Source: a virus
Lineage: Duplodnaviria > Caudoviricetes
Virus record (IMG/VR): IMGVR_UViG_3300033407_000039
Span: 1-44,072 of that record
Direction: 5' to 3' (one strand)
DNA: 44,072 bases
Numbering within the stretch: position 1 is the stretch's first letter; every line of letters starts with the position of its first letter. Below, one piece after another: positions 1-9,522 of this stretch. Position numbers and translations under genes: made by a program. Below the pieces are notes generated by a model. It searched no databases. It was given only the letters and a program-made list of their open reading frames with translations, and was not told where the DNA came from.

Positions 1-431
1 CGCTGCAGCGCTTCTACAAACCGAGTTCGCTCACGATCTCGCGCTGTATCTCCATCTCGATCACTTCGAGATTCCGTGTTGGCTCCATCAACCAGTCCGG
101 GGGTGGCGGGCACCGCTCCACGTACTCTATCTGGGGCGGTTGGCTTTGGCAGGCAGAGATCAGTGATGCGCACGCGCACACCCTCAACCAGTGGCCCAGT
201 TTCGCGCATCTTCCTGTCATACTCATCACGAGCCATCCTCCCAGCATCTGCGACCCTGCGCAGCATCTCGTTGTTGGCGGAGACCAGCGCACTGCGCATC
301 TCCGATACGTCCAGTTTGCATTCTGCCAGTTTGGTCTCCGTGCGCGCAAGCTGATGGGTTTGCCAGGCCGCACCGGCGGAGATAACGACCAGTGCAGCGA
401 CCATCCCTTTTACCAAGCCGAGTGAGATCAT
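1..431 (-). CDS. Rz: Inner-membrane spanin (Rz-like), truncated by the window edge
   Basis: Not in the ORF track. The ATG at 431 overlaps the holin stop (ATGA). Translation MISLGLVKGMVAALVVISAGAAWQTHQLARTETKLAECKLDVSEMR... gives an N-terminal TM helix then a coiled coil. The frame is open to position 1 and contains an embedded lipoprotein gene. Confidence 0.85.
   Translation of the reverse strand, partial: MISLGLVKGMVAALVVISAGAAWQTHQLARTETKLAECKLDVSEMRSALVSANNEMLRRVADAGRMARDEYDRKMRETGPLVEGVRVRITDLCLPKPTAPDRVRGAVPATPGLVDGANTESRSDRDGDTARDRERTRFVEALQ
14..226 (-). CDS. Rz1: Outer-membrane spanin lipoprotein (Rz1-like), embedded in Rz
   Basis: MSMTGRCAKLGHWLRVCACASLISAC|QSQPPQIEYVERCPPPPDWLMEP: lipobox-like LISAC and a Pro-rich Rz1-type motif. 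GGAGG lies about 10 nt upstream of the ATG at 226. Confidence 0.85.
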   Translation of the reverse strand: MSMTGRCAKLGHWLRVCACASLISACQSQPPQIEYVERCPPPPDWLMEPTRNLEVIEMEIQREIVSELGL

Positions 432-673
432 TTGTTGTCCTTGTCCCGTAGGTATTGGTACAGCCCGCAAAGGGTGACCAGCATACCGATCACAGCAGTG
501 ACAACCGTCGCACCAGGGGCTTGGATGTGCAACAGAATCTCAGGGATCATGACCCGCCAGAGCACCACGCCGAGATAGACAAGCCCAGCCACCAGTATCG
601 TGCGCCGGAAGAACTTGGGGGCTGCTATCAGGTCATGCAGCCACAGTGCCACTGCCACAATAGCGCGCCTCAT
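428..673 (-). CDS. Putative holin
   Basis: 81 aa with two clear hydrophobic helices and a charged C-terminus, located between endolysin and spanins and coupled by ATGA overlaps. Confidence 0.7.
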   Translation of the reverse strand: MRRAIVAVALWLHDLIAAPKFFRRTILVAGLVYLGVVLWRVMIPEILLHIQAPGATVVTAVIGMLVTLCGLYQYLRDKDNK

Positions 674-1005
674 CGCATACCCTGGTGCTCAAGGCTGTAA
701 TGGTTGCCGTCGTTGAAGTGACCACCCCACGACCCACCTATAGATTCCCAGAATTGACCGAGCGGCCTGTGATCCTCAGTACTGGTGAGGAACACCCCAT
801 CTTTGAACAGGTTGAAGTCTACGGCCAGTCGCTGCTTGTGTAGGCTCCGCGAGCGACCATAGCCTTTGGATTCACCGACTTGCCCAAATACTTTGGGGTC
901 ACGGTAGGCATCCCCGAACGTCATCTCGTATCCCTGCTCGTAGGCGTGCTGAATGAGCAGGCTGACCATCATGGTAAAGTTGCGCTGCTTCTGCCCCAGT
1001 GTCAT
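670..1005 (-). CDS. Endolysin, M15-family zinc peptidase (L-Ala-D-Glu peptidase-like)
   Basis: Motifs GDAYR, SLHKQRLAVD (SxHxxxxAxD) and WGG-F-DGNHYS; position in the lysis cassette. Confidence 0.88.
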   Translation of the reverse strand: MTLGQKQRNFTMMVSLLIQHAYEQGYEMTFGDAYRDPKVFGQVGESKGYGRSRSLHKQRLAVDFNLFKDGVFLTSTEDHRPLGQFWESIGGSWGGHFNDGNHYSLEHQGMR

Positions 1006-1008
1006 GTC

Positions 1009-1245
1009 CTACTCCTGCTGGTTGAGAAACTCCCGGCGCCGGGCCATCTCCCGGTACGTCGCCTCTTTCATATCCTGCCGCATCTTGGTCTTGGTGCGGG
1101 TTGGGTCAAACTGGGCCTGGGCATTGTGTTCAGGGCCGTACTGTTTGATCTCGCCGCCCTTGCGCAGGAACACCTCTACCTGGTCGCTGATGGTCTGGCG
1201 TACCTCATCGTTGGCGTAGATATGCGCCGAGTTGCCCCTGCTCAT
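1009..1245 (-). CDS. Small protein with a SutA-like RNA-polymerase-binding motif
   Basis: EVRQTISDQVEVFLRKGGEIKQY resembles the helix-FLxxGGxI core of Pseudomonas SutA. ATGA-coupled to the upstream gene. Confidence 0.55.
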   Translation of the reverse strand: MSRGNSAHIYANDEVRQTISDQVEVFLRKGGEIKQYGPEHNAQAQFDPTRTKTKMRQDMKEATYREMARRREFLNQQE

Positions 1246-4200
1246 TGTGCCGCCTCCACGGGCCTGTGTCGATACCCGTACTGGTCCTGGATCTGTAGAT
1301 AACGGTCGGTGTGGATACCCATGTCCTTCTTGATCCGCCCCCGCGCCGCAGAGAGGATGTCCGACTTGCCGATAGCAAACACCGGCTGCGCTTCGTTGAA
1401 GGCGTAGAGTTCCTCCAGCGCCTCGTCGAGCGCTCGGTCGTTGTTGTCCTCCAGCGCCCTTTCCACCTGCCGCACGATCTTGCTACGGCGCTGGGACAGC
1501 ACCGTGTTGCGGTTGAGGATGGCCCGGTCGGCCTCGCGCATCTCGTTGAGGCGGGTGGGCTGGAGCCCTGCAGCCATGATGATGTAGTCGCTGGGCTTGA
1601 GCTGGTCAGGGGTCATCAGCATCATGTCACCACCGCCGCGCACACCGTTGGTGGCAACATCATAGAGCCGTGCCCAGTCCCGGAACGCCGCGGGTAGGAT
1701 GCGGATGTTGGCCTCCACCATGTCACCCTCACCAAGGGCCTCGCCTGCGCGCACAAGGTTGGTGACGTTGCTCCAGGATGGCCCCAGCAGTTGCGCGGCG
1801 AGCCACTCCATGTAACGGTTACCAGTGACACCCTCGGGTGCGTCGAACACGGAGGACTTGAACACGGAGGCCAGCTCGGTGCGACGGGAGATGTCCACCC
1901 CCAGTGCGCCCGGGACGCCCTTCTGAAGCGCCAAGCGGCTGAAGGTCTCGCCGGCCGGTCCCAGTTCCCTAAAGAACAGATCGGCTTCGTGGGCGGCGTC
2001 GAAGGGCTCATCGTCGTCGCCCATGATGGCGTTGGTGGCGGCGACCAGGGCCGCCCCCAGCGGCGTACCGATGGCGCCGGCGTACATGCTCGTGGTGACC
2101 ATCATGTAGCCCAGCACCCGGCGGGCCTCCGCGCGCTCCGCAGGGCTCACCTTGTTGGAGGTGAACGCCTTGTTGAACTCGGTGAGCATGAAACCCATAG
2201 AGTAGAAGCGGAACGACTGGATCTGGGTAAACACCTTCATCCAGTCGTTGGTCAACCACGGCGCCTTGTTGGCCCGGCTGTAGTCGAACTGGGTGCGCAG
2301 GGTGGTGTCCTCGGCGTCGCGCAGGGCAGCCATGAAACCCTGTCCGTCCTGCCGGTTGATACGCAAGGTACCCAAAATGGACACGCGCCGGTTGGTCATC
2401 TCTGAGTGGCGCATGATGAAGCCCATGGTGTCCACTGCCCGGTTGAGCATGTGACCTGTGTCTGTTTTGGCAATACCGAAGTTATCGCTCGCGCCGCGCT
2501 GCAGGTCGTGGGAGCGGGTGATGTCCAGCACTCCCCGGTCGGCCATGATGCGTAGTGCCAGCAGCTCCTGCGTGGCCTGGGGTAGTTTACTGATCTCGGC
2601 GTCCAGCTCCTGGTCGCTGAGGACGTTGTCCCAGATGCGCTTGTTGGGGTACTGGTCTCGGTTCTCGGGGGTGACCTGCTGGAACAGCCGGTCGGTCAGG
2701 GCGTTCATGTCCTTGGACTGGATCTGTGCGGTACCCACTTTACCAGTGGCGATGGTACGCAGCGCGCTACCCATCTCGCTTGCGGCCCGGCCAAACCCTA
2801 CCCCCTTGCGGGCGCCGATCGAGGGTAACCAGAACATCGGCACTTGTGAGGTCTGCACCACGTACTGGCTCACCGAGGTCAGCATCTGGAGGAACGTGTA
2901 TTTGCCCAGCGCCTGCACGACAGGGGCGGTCTTCTCGGTGCGCAGGGTGTTCTCCCGCTCCACCACGGAGTTGTATACAATGCCCGCCCGCACACCGTCG
3001 TAGTCCGGTGGCGGTGTGGCCTCGCCGTCGTTCATCTCGTTCATGTAGCGGCGCATGTCCCGGAGGATCTCGCCCTTGCGGAGGCCATAGCGAAGGTTGC
3101 CCAGGGTGCGGGCGTGCTTCATCATGTACTCGGCATAGGACCGGCTGAAGTCAGTCTCGTAGCCTTCGACGCCCTCACGGTGCATCTGGTGTTTCATGAT
3201 GGAGCCGTCCGGCTGCTGCTCGTAGTAGAACTGCCGGGTGATCTCGATGACGCTCCTGATGTAGTCGCTCGACACATTGTAAGTGTCGGCGTCGCCTTCG
3301 GGGTCCAGCCCGCCCAGCATCTTCTGTTTCAGCGCCCGCTCAAAGTCGTTGATGAACCCCACATCGCCGATGCCCTTGGTCTGCTCCAGGAACTCCGCCG
3401 CGGTGAAAGGTTTGACCACATCGTAGGTACCGTCCCGCTGCAGCTTCGCCCGGTGCATCTCCATCTGGGTGACGCTGGCGAAGTGGCGGCGGTACGCCCG
3501 CTCCAGGTTACCATCGGCGTCACGCTTGTAGCCCACAATGACGTGGCTACCGAAGCGGGACAGCGGGGCGTAGTCACCCTTGAGCATGGACTTCATCTGG
3601 TGGATGTTCCTGATGGCCGCATCGCGGGCCTCACCAGGCTCCATGGTGTCGATGACGTTGGCTTCCAGCGCCTGGATGATGTCTTTGTAGATGGCCGTCA
3701 TGCTGTCGGGGCCACGGATGGCTGCTACGTAGGCTTCGCGGGCCTGCGGAGTGAGGCCGTCCCACTGGGTGTTCAGGTCGTCTACAGCCTTGGCCAGCCC
3801 ACCGTACCGTTCGAGGTTGCCGCTGTCCTCCCACTGCTGGGCGGTCCACGGCTGCTTGCCAGCGGGGTCACCCGCGCGCAGGCCACGCAGGGTGGCAAAC
3901 TCCATCACTCCGTGAACCTTGTTGCGCTGGTCCTTGGGCAGGGCGCGGAGTTGCTCACGGAACACTTTGTCGGCGGCGACCATCTTGCCGTCGGTAAACG
4001 CTGACTGCTCCCGGTCAGTGCGCACGTAGTCATTGAGCAGGTTGCGCGGACCGTCCTGGAACATGGGGGCAAAGTTGCGGGCCAGGTCCTGCCGGCTGGT
4101 CAGCTTGAGCACCCAGGGCAGTGCATCCGAGGCAATACCTCGCAGGGTGATGCCGGTGTCCTTCAGGGTGGCCAGCGGCCGGGTGAAGCCGTTGAGGGCG

Positions 4201-7200
4201 CTTTTAGCTGCTTCACCCTTGGCGATGAAGGAGGGGGGTACCACCTCGACCGGGCCGTTGGCCGTGGTCACCATCGTCGGCGACAACTCCGCAGTACCGC
4301 CAGTGATGCGCTGCCGTGCGGTCATCATCAGGGTGTGCATCTCGGCGTTGGACAGCTTGACGTTGAGCCCGATGCTGCGCAGGAACTCGTTAACCGCGGA
4401 GACCACACGGCTCCACACGGCCCGCATACGCTCTGTGGCGCGGCCCTCGTCGATGCGCTGGGCGATGTGCGCCAGGTACTCGTCGGCTGCCGTGGCGGCT
4501 TGCTGGGGATCGCTGAGCTGGTAGCGGTGGGCCTTCACAAACTTGTCGAAGTGCTCGTTGCCAGTGAGGTCACGAGCCACACGCTGGGCGAAGGGTTGGA
4601 ACTGGTTACCAAACAGGGCGCGCAGACCACCGTGGCCCAGTACCTCGTGGGCGATGACGGTGCGCACCCCCTCCGGGGAGGTGATGTTGTCGGCCACCAG
4701 GTACGCCTCGCCGTTCCAGAACACCCCTGCGGGCTCGATGCCGGCCTCCTGGGCATACTGGGACACGAACGGGGGCAAGTCGGCAGCGGACTGCACTACG
4801 TTGATGGGCGGGGCGGCGGCCCAGTCGGCAGTGACCGCGGTAACCTGTGCCTGCACAGCGTCGGTGGTGATGCCCGGGGTGGGTAATGCACCCTCTACCC
4901 CTGTAGTGGGCTCACGCACCCGCGCTGTGACCAGAGATTGACGTTCAAATATCGAGTCGGCTTTGGTTGTCTGACCCAGTATCCGTCCTTCGCTGTCCAG
5001 TATCAGCCTGAAGGTACCTCGCATCCACGCCAGTTCTTTCAGGTCGCTTTTACCAGGCGGTAGAACCAGTGTCGCACGGAAGTCCGCACCCCCCGCTCTA
5101 CCCATCCGGCGCAAGGCCGCCAGCACTACACGCTGCCGCTCCTTGGATCCCTTGGCCTGCATGATGGCGTCGAACGGCATACTGGCCGCGGTAGCCACCG
5201 TGTTGTCGGGGCGCAGGAGTATGACCGCGGCCTTGTCTCCCAGTTGGAGGGCTTTGACAACTTCAGCGGTCTCCTTCGAGCTTCTGATCTCCCGCCCCAC
5301 AACACCGTGTGGTACCTCGGGAGTTGACCGGAAATCTTTGCCGTTGAGCGTATCGTCTTTAATAACCCTGGCGAGACCCCGGGCACTGATGGTCCCATAC
5401 TCGTTGAGGTCTACGATTGTATGCCCGCGAAACCCTGGCACTGTACCAACCAGGAAGCGCGTCAGATTTTTGTCGGCGTTACTGGGCTGGGCATTCCCAG
5501 AAGGGTGGTTGTGCATCATGTAGTAGCCAGTGGCGCCGTACTCCTGCATCCCCGCCCGCAGTACGTCCCCAAAACTCCCGCTTGTCTCACCAAAGGATAC
5601 TACCGCAGGGAGCCGGGAAGTAACCGCTGTCTCACCCAGCACTGTACCGTTGTCGTCCACATAAACGTAGCGGAAAGTTTCAAACCGGGGATCCCGGTAG
5701 ACCTGCGCCAGAGCGGCCAAGTCAGCGGCGGATGTTACCTGTTGACCGACGAGCTGGTTGGGCTCTCCCGCTTTGAAGTTCTTGTACATAGCGGCCCCAA
5801 GGAGGCTGATCTCTCCCTCAGCCCCACGACCCCCCCTTGAGCGTTGGTAACGAGCTGTGAGTTGTCGGAATAGGTCTCGTAGAGCAGACCGCCCTTTCGC
5901 GCGCTGTTCACTGGTTGTTCCTGGTCGGACTTCTGCGCTGTCATAGGGATCCACCTTGTCGAGTGCGGTGAGTTCATTATACGCCTGTTCGGGTGTTTGT
6001 GCTTCCGCTTGTAACCGAGCTTGCATCTCCGGTGTAACCATGTTCACCGACGAATCACGGTCGATGGCACTGAACACCTGCTCCAGCGTAGCGTCTGGCT
6101 GCCCCACGGGGCGCCGTCCCAGCCTGTAGGCTGTTGTCGCAGCGGCCTTGGAAGACACTTGCCCCTGCAGTAGTGGGTTGTCTTGCTGCGCCTGCGCTTG
6201 CAGAGCGCTGCCGATGCCCTGTCCACGACTGCCCTCGGGGACCTCCAGCCCTATGACGGACGCTGTACCGTCAGGGCGCTGGACAATTTCCAACCTGCCA
6301 CCAGACTCCGGGTCACTGTAGGTACTGCGCTGCGCACCAGGCTCGAACGTGTCTGAGGCGTCCACTGGGTCGCTACGTACTATCCGCTCAGCAGGCGCAG
6401 GCGTCGCTGATACACTCTCGGGTACAGGCGTTGCTTCCAGCGGTGTAGCCGTAGTGGGCTCCGGTGCAGGCGCTGGCTCGGGCGCCGCGGCGGGTACCGG
6501 CTCAGGAGCAGGCGTCGCCGAGGGCAGCGCTGCTTCAGGCGCGACCACCTCTGGTGCTGTCGGCGCAGGTTCATCGCCTGTGACCCGGGCCACCTCGCCA
6601 TCCACCAGCGCTCGCTCAGGGGTTTTCTGTGGGGCCACTGCCCGCGATGCCTCAAGGTCCAGCTCGATCGCTGTGCGCAGCTCAGCCTGGGGCAACACAG
6701 CGCGCTGCTGCCCAGCGGTCTCGACCACAACCTCACCCGTGGGAGTGGTACCCAGTACCCGCCGCTCGCCGTCAGGGGAGGGCCAGGTGATGGGGTCGCC
6801 GTCCAGCGGAGTGATCTCGACACCCTCAGCCCGGGCAGCTGGGGTATCCGGGTCAGGCAGCCGCACCGGCGTCGCAGCGTCAGTCGAAGGTGTGGGCTGC
6901 GCAGCAGGCTCTGGCTGGGTAATTTGCGCGGTTGCCCCAGTAGCGTCAGTTGGCGCAACAGCGGATGTAGTGTCTACTGGCGCAGCAAGCGGTTGTGTAC
7001 TAGGTTGCGCAGGCTCGACAGCAGGTTGCACAACAGGCTGGCCAGTAGCCTGTGCGGCGTCCAGCTGGGCGGGTGACACGGCCACCGGCTCGGGGGCAGG
7101 CTCAGGAGTGAGCCCCAGCGCCTCGATGGGCACTTCGCTGTCGGGGATGTCCTGCACCGGCTCAGGGGCGACCGGCTGGCCCTCCACAGGTTGGACACCG

Positions 7201-8180
7201 GCGACGGGCTCAGGTGCTGCTGCCGGGGCCACACCGGACTCGACAGGCGCGGCCTGCCCCGGTGCGATGTCCTGGCCGGGTGGCAAAGGTACACCGGCGT
7301 CTTCTTCGGGCTCCCGGTCCTGCGTCCGCTGGGGGCCACGCTGGAGCGCAGCTATACCACCGGCGAAGGTCGGGCCGAGTACCGCACCGAGGATGGCAGC
7401 ATTGATCCTGCGCATCGTGGCTTCTTCACCACCGATGTCGAACTCGGGGTCCATGGCCTCCCGTGCGCGCAGGAAAATTTCCTCCTGGGCAAGCTCAGTG
7501 GCGGCCTGCACCGGGATGTTCCCCGCCGCGGCGCCGAGGACCGCCTGCAGTTTATTGGCTGGTGAGAACCCTGCGGCACGGAGCAGCCTACCGGCACCGA
7601 ACAACGCAGCGTCGGATAGGGTCTCTACGGTCGCCGCGGCAGCGCCGGTGCGCAACGCCGCTGCCTGGTCGTCCACACCGACCTCGCGCTGCTCACCGCG
7701 AGCCTCACCATAGAGCGTAGGCAGGTTGACGCCCATGGCGCCCAGTACGCCGCCGGCGATGGCACCAGGCGTGCCCGCTACACGGCGACCAGCGACAGCA
7801 CCGGCACCGCCCGCCGCGGCAACCGCAGCCACCCGGGGGAGCTGCTGCCCCAGTGCGAACTGAAAGGCGTCAGCCGCATCACCTACCGAACGTACATCGG
7901 TGGGTTGTATTACACGCCCCTCAGCAGCCTGCTGCATGGCCTCCTGCCCGGCAGCCACCCGGCGTTCGCCGAACCGCTCAAGGCGCTCAGACCCTAAAAC
8001 ACGGCCCAGGCCAACAGCGGACTCGCCCACCGCCTGGTCAGTGAGCTGGCTGATACCCGAGCTGATACCGGCGCGGAGGTCACCACGGGTGTCTGGGGTG
8101 GGTGGTGCAATGGATTGCTCCCGCAGGCGCGCAGCGAACTGCCGCTCGGCGTCGCTCAGCGGGACAGGGGCGTCAGCCAT
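1242..8180 (-). CDS. Giant internal virion/ejection 'polyvalent' protein (GNAT-like + RadC/JAB + zincin metallopeptidase + PLxRFG region)
   Basis: 2312 aa. Motifs: VPEGSRGQGIGSAL (acetyl-CoA-binding motif A), E...HNHPSGNAQPSNAD (JAB), IAHEVLGHGGLR (HExxxH) and YAPLSRFG. It is the last structural gene before lysis. Confidence 0.85.
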   Translation of the reverse strand: MADAPVPLSDAERQFAARLREQSIAPPTPDTRGDLRAGISSGISQLTDQAVGESAVGLGRVLGSERLERFGERRVAAGQEAMQQAAEGRVIQPTDVRSVGDAADAFQFALGQQLPRVAAVAAAGGAGAVAGRRVAGTPGAIAGGVLGAMGVNLPTLYGEARGEQREVGVDDQAAALRTGAAAATVETLSDAALFGAGRLLRAAGFSPANKLQAVLGAAAGNIPVQAATELAQEEIFLRAREAMDPEFDIGGEEATMRRINAAILGAVLGPTFAGGIAALQRGPQRTQDREPEEDAGVPLPPGQDIAPGQAAPVESGVAPAAAPEPVAGVQPVEGQPVAPEPVQDIPDSEVPIEALGLTPEPAPEPVAVSPAQLDAAQATGQPVVQPAVEPAQPSTQPLAAPVDTTSAVAPTDATGATAQITQPEPAAQPTPSTDAATPVRLPDPDTPAARAEGVEITPLDGDPITWPSPDGERRVLGTTPTGEVVVETAGQQRAVLPQAELRTAIELDLEASRAVAPQKTPERALVDGEVARVTGDEPAPTAPEVVAPEAALPSATPAPEPVPAAAPEPAPAPEPTTATPLEATPVPESVSATPAPAERIVRSDPVDASDTFEPGAQRSTYSDPESGGRLEIVQRPDGTASVIGLEVPEGSRGQGIGSALQAQAQQDNPLLQGQVSSKAAATTAYRLGRRPVGQPDATLEQVFSAIDRDSSVNMVTPEMQARLQAEAQTPEQAYNELTALDKVDPYDSAEVRPGTTSEQRAKGRSALRDLFRQLTARYQRSRGGRGAEGEISLLGAAMYKNFKAGEPNQLVGQQVTSAADLAALAQVYRDPRFETFRYVYVDDNGTVLGETAVTSRLPAVVSFGETSGSFGDVLRAGMQEYGATGYYMMHNHPSGNAQPSNADKNLTRFLVGTVPGFRGHTIVDLNEYGTISARGLARVIKDDTLNGKDFRSTPEVPHGVVGREIRSSKETAEVVKALQLGDKAAVILLRPDNTVATAASMPFDAIMQAKGSKERQRVVLAALRRMGRAGGADFRATLVLPPGKSDLKELAWMRGTFRLILDSEGRILGQTTKADSIFERQSLVTARVREPTTGVEGALPTPGITTDAVQAQVTAVTADWAAAPPINVVQSAADLPPFVSQYAQEAGIEPAGVFWNGEAYLVADNITSPEGVRTVIAHEVLGHGGLRALFGNQFQPFAQRVARDLTGNEHFDKFVKAHRYQLSDPQQAATAADEYLAHIAQRIDEGRATERMRAVWSRVVSAVNEFLRSIGLNVKLSNAEMHTLMMTARQRITGGTAELSPTMVTTANGPVEVVPPSFIAKGEAAKSALNGFTRPLATLKDTGITLRGIASDALPWVLKLTSRQDLARNFAPMFQDGPRNLLNDYVRTDREQSAFTDGKMVAADKVFREQLRALPKDQRNKVHGVMEFATLRGLRAGDPAGKQPWTAQQWEDSGNLERYGGLAKAVDDLNTQWDGLTPQAREAYVAAIRGPDSMTAIYKDIIQALEANVIDTMEPGEARDAAIRNIHQMKSMLKGDYAPLSRFGSHVIVGYKRDADGNLERAYRRHFASVTQMEMHRAKLQRDGTYDVVKPFTAAEFLEQTKGIGDVGFINDFERALKQKMLGGLDPEGDADTYNVSSDYIRSVIEITRQFYYEQQPDGSIMKHQMHREGVEGYETDFSRSYAEYMMKHARTLGNLRYGLRKGEILRDMRRYMNEMNDGEATPPPDYDGVRAGIVYNSVVERENTLRTEKTAPVVQALGKYTFLQMLTSVSQYVVQTSQVPMFWLPSIGARKGVGFGRAASEMGSALRTIATGKVGTAQIQSKDMNALTDRLFQQVTPENRDQYPNKRIWDNVLSDQELDAEISKLPQATQELLALRIMADRGVLDITRSHDLQRGASDNFGIAKTDTGHMLNRAVDTMGFIMRHSEMTNRRVSILGTLRINRQDGQGFMAALRDAEDTTLRTQFDYSRANKAPWLTNDWMKVFTQIQSFRFYSMGFMLTEFNKAFTSNKVSPAERAEARRVLGYMMVTTSMYAGAIGTPLGAALVAATNAIMGDDDEPFDAAHEADLFFRELGPAGETFSRLALQKGVPGALGVDISRRTELASVFKSSVFDAPEGVTGNRYMEWLAAQLLGPSWSNVTNLVRAGEALGEGDMVEANIRILPAAFRDWARLYDVATNGVRGGGDMMLMTPDQLKPSDYIIMAAGLQPTRLNEMREADRAILNRNTVLSQRRSKIVRQVERALEDNNDRALDEALEELYAFNEAQPVFAIGKSDILSAARGRIKKDMGIHTDRYLQIQDQYGYRHRPVEAAQ

Positions 8181-9511
8181 CAGCCTTGCCCTGCCTCGGC
8201 CTGTATACGCGACACGAAGTCAGCGAAGCTCATGGTGGCTGGTATGGTGCCATCCTCCCGGAACGTCTGGTACTGCCCAGCGAAGGTCGAGAGCATGGAC
8301 TGCGGTATGACCACGGGCACGCCCTGTGAGTTGCTCGCACGGAACGCTGTAGTCTCTCCACGCAAGTCCTCAACAGGCTCAAACCCGGTCAACAGGTCCA
8401 GAGCCGGATCCTGTGTCTGTCGGCGGTCAGCCCCTTCCTGGCGCAGCCGCTCGGCGATCACCTGCGGGCTCATCATCGGATCCTGTAGTGGCGCGCGACG
8501 TGAGTCAGCCTCGATCTGCCGGGCGGCGAGACCTGCTTCGCGGTCAGCATCTGTGTTGAGTTGCGCAAGTTCTGCCTGTATTTCCTGGCGCGCACTGGGG
8601 CTGCTACCACGGGTTTGCAGTTGGCGGGTCAGCTCATCTACGCGCTGGTTGCGCAGAGACTCTCGGATACCTGCGAGCTGGGTGCCAAAAGCGGCGCGGT
8701 CGGTTTCCAGCTGACCAAAGTCACCCCGCTCCGCAGCAGCGAGACGCGCATCACCCAGCCGCTGGCTCAGACCGGGACCGATGCGGGTGAAGTTCTCGGG
8801 TGACATGGTGTTCACTTGGGTGTCGAGGTCCACCGGCAGGACGCGGCCGTCGGCGGTGCGGACGGTGTTTTCTGGCACACTACCATCTACAGGGAGTGGG
8901 GCAGGCCCAGCCCCCAGCACGCTCTCCGGTGCGCCGCCTTGCTGAGTACCACGGAACTCCGCCACCGCCGCACGAGAAACTTCTGGGTCATTGGAGATCA
9001 TACGGTTTTGTAGGTCGTCCAGGCCGGTGCGCTCAGCGATAGCGTCACCACTGCGGTTCTGGTAGGCCAGCAACCCCGCGCCCACCGCCAACCCCGGTAA
9101 ACCCAGAGCCATGCGCCCCAGCCCCATAGCGCCACGCCCAGCACCACGCAGGATCGTACCACCAACGGGCTGGCGAAGGGCGCTACCAACGCGACCGAGT
9201 ATGCCTGCCCCCCGTGGTGAAGGTGTGGCGCTGGTGCCAGAGAAGGATGCCGCGTTGGGGGAAGTGAACTGCGTACCAGCCGGCGCAGTAGGGGCGCCCC
9301 GCAAGGTACGAGCGGTGTCCCTGTCCAGCGACGCTATCCGCGTGCGCATCGAGTCTGAAGCGGGGTTATTGCGCAAGTCACGCGCTACCACCCGGTTGCT
9401 CGCCGCCATCCGTTGACGCATACTCTCCGACGCCGGGTTGGCTCCGGTGCGCGCCGCGGTGTCACGGTTAAGCTCCGCGATGCGCCGGCGCAATTCCTCT
9501 GCTGTTGCCAT
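8180..9511 (-). CDS. Putative internal virion (ejection) protein
   Basis: 443 aa, Gly/Ala/Arg-rich, with one hydrophobic Gly-rich segment and a duplicated NPASxSMRxR motif. Directly upstream of the giant ejection protein. Confidence 0.55.
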   Translation of the reverse strand: MATAEELRRRIAELNRDTAARTGANPASESMRQRMAASNRVVARDLRNNPASDSMRTRIASLDRDTARTLRGAPTAPAGTQFTSPNAASFSGTSATPSPRGAGILGRVGSALRQPVGGTILRGAGRGAMGLGRMALGLPGLAVGAGLLAYQNRSGDAIAERTGLDDLQNRMISNDPEVSRAAVAEFRGTQQGGAPESVLGAGPAPLPVDGSVPENTVRTADGRVLPVDLDTQVNTMSPENFTRIGPGLSQRLGDARLAAAERGDFGQLETDRAAFGTQLAGIRESLRNQRVDELTRQLQTRGSSPSARQEIQAELAQLNTDADREAGLAARQIEADSRRAPLQDPMMSPQVIAERLRQEGADRRQTQDPALDLLTGFEPVEDLRGETTAFRASNSQGVPVVIPQSMLSTFAGQYQTFREDGTIPATMSFADFVSRIQAEAGQG

Positions 9512-9522
9512 AACCCTACCCT

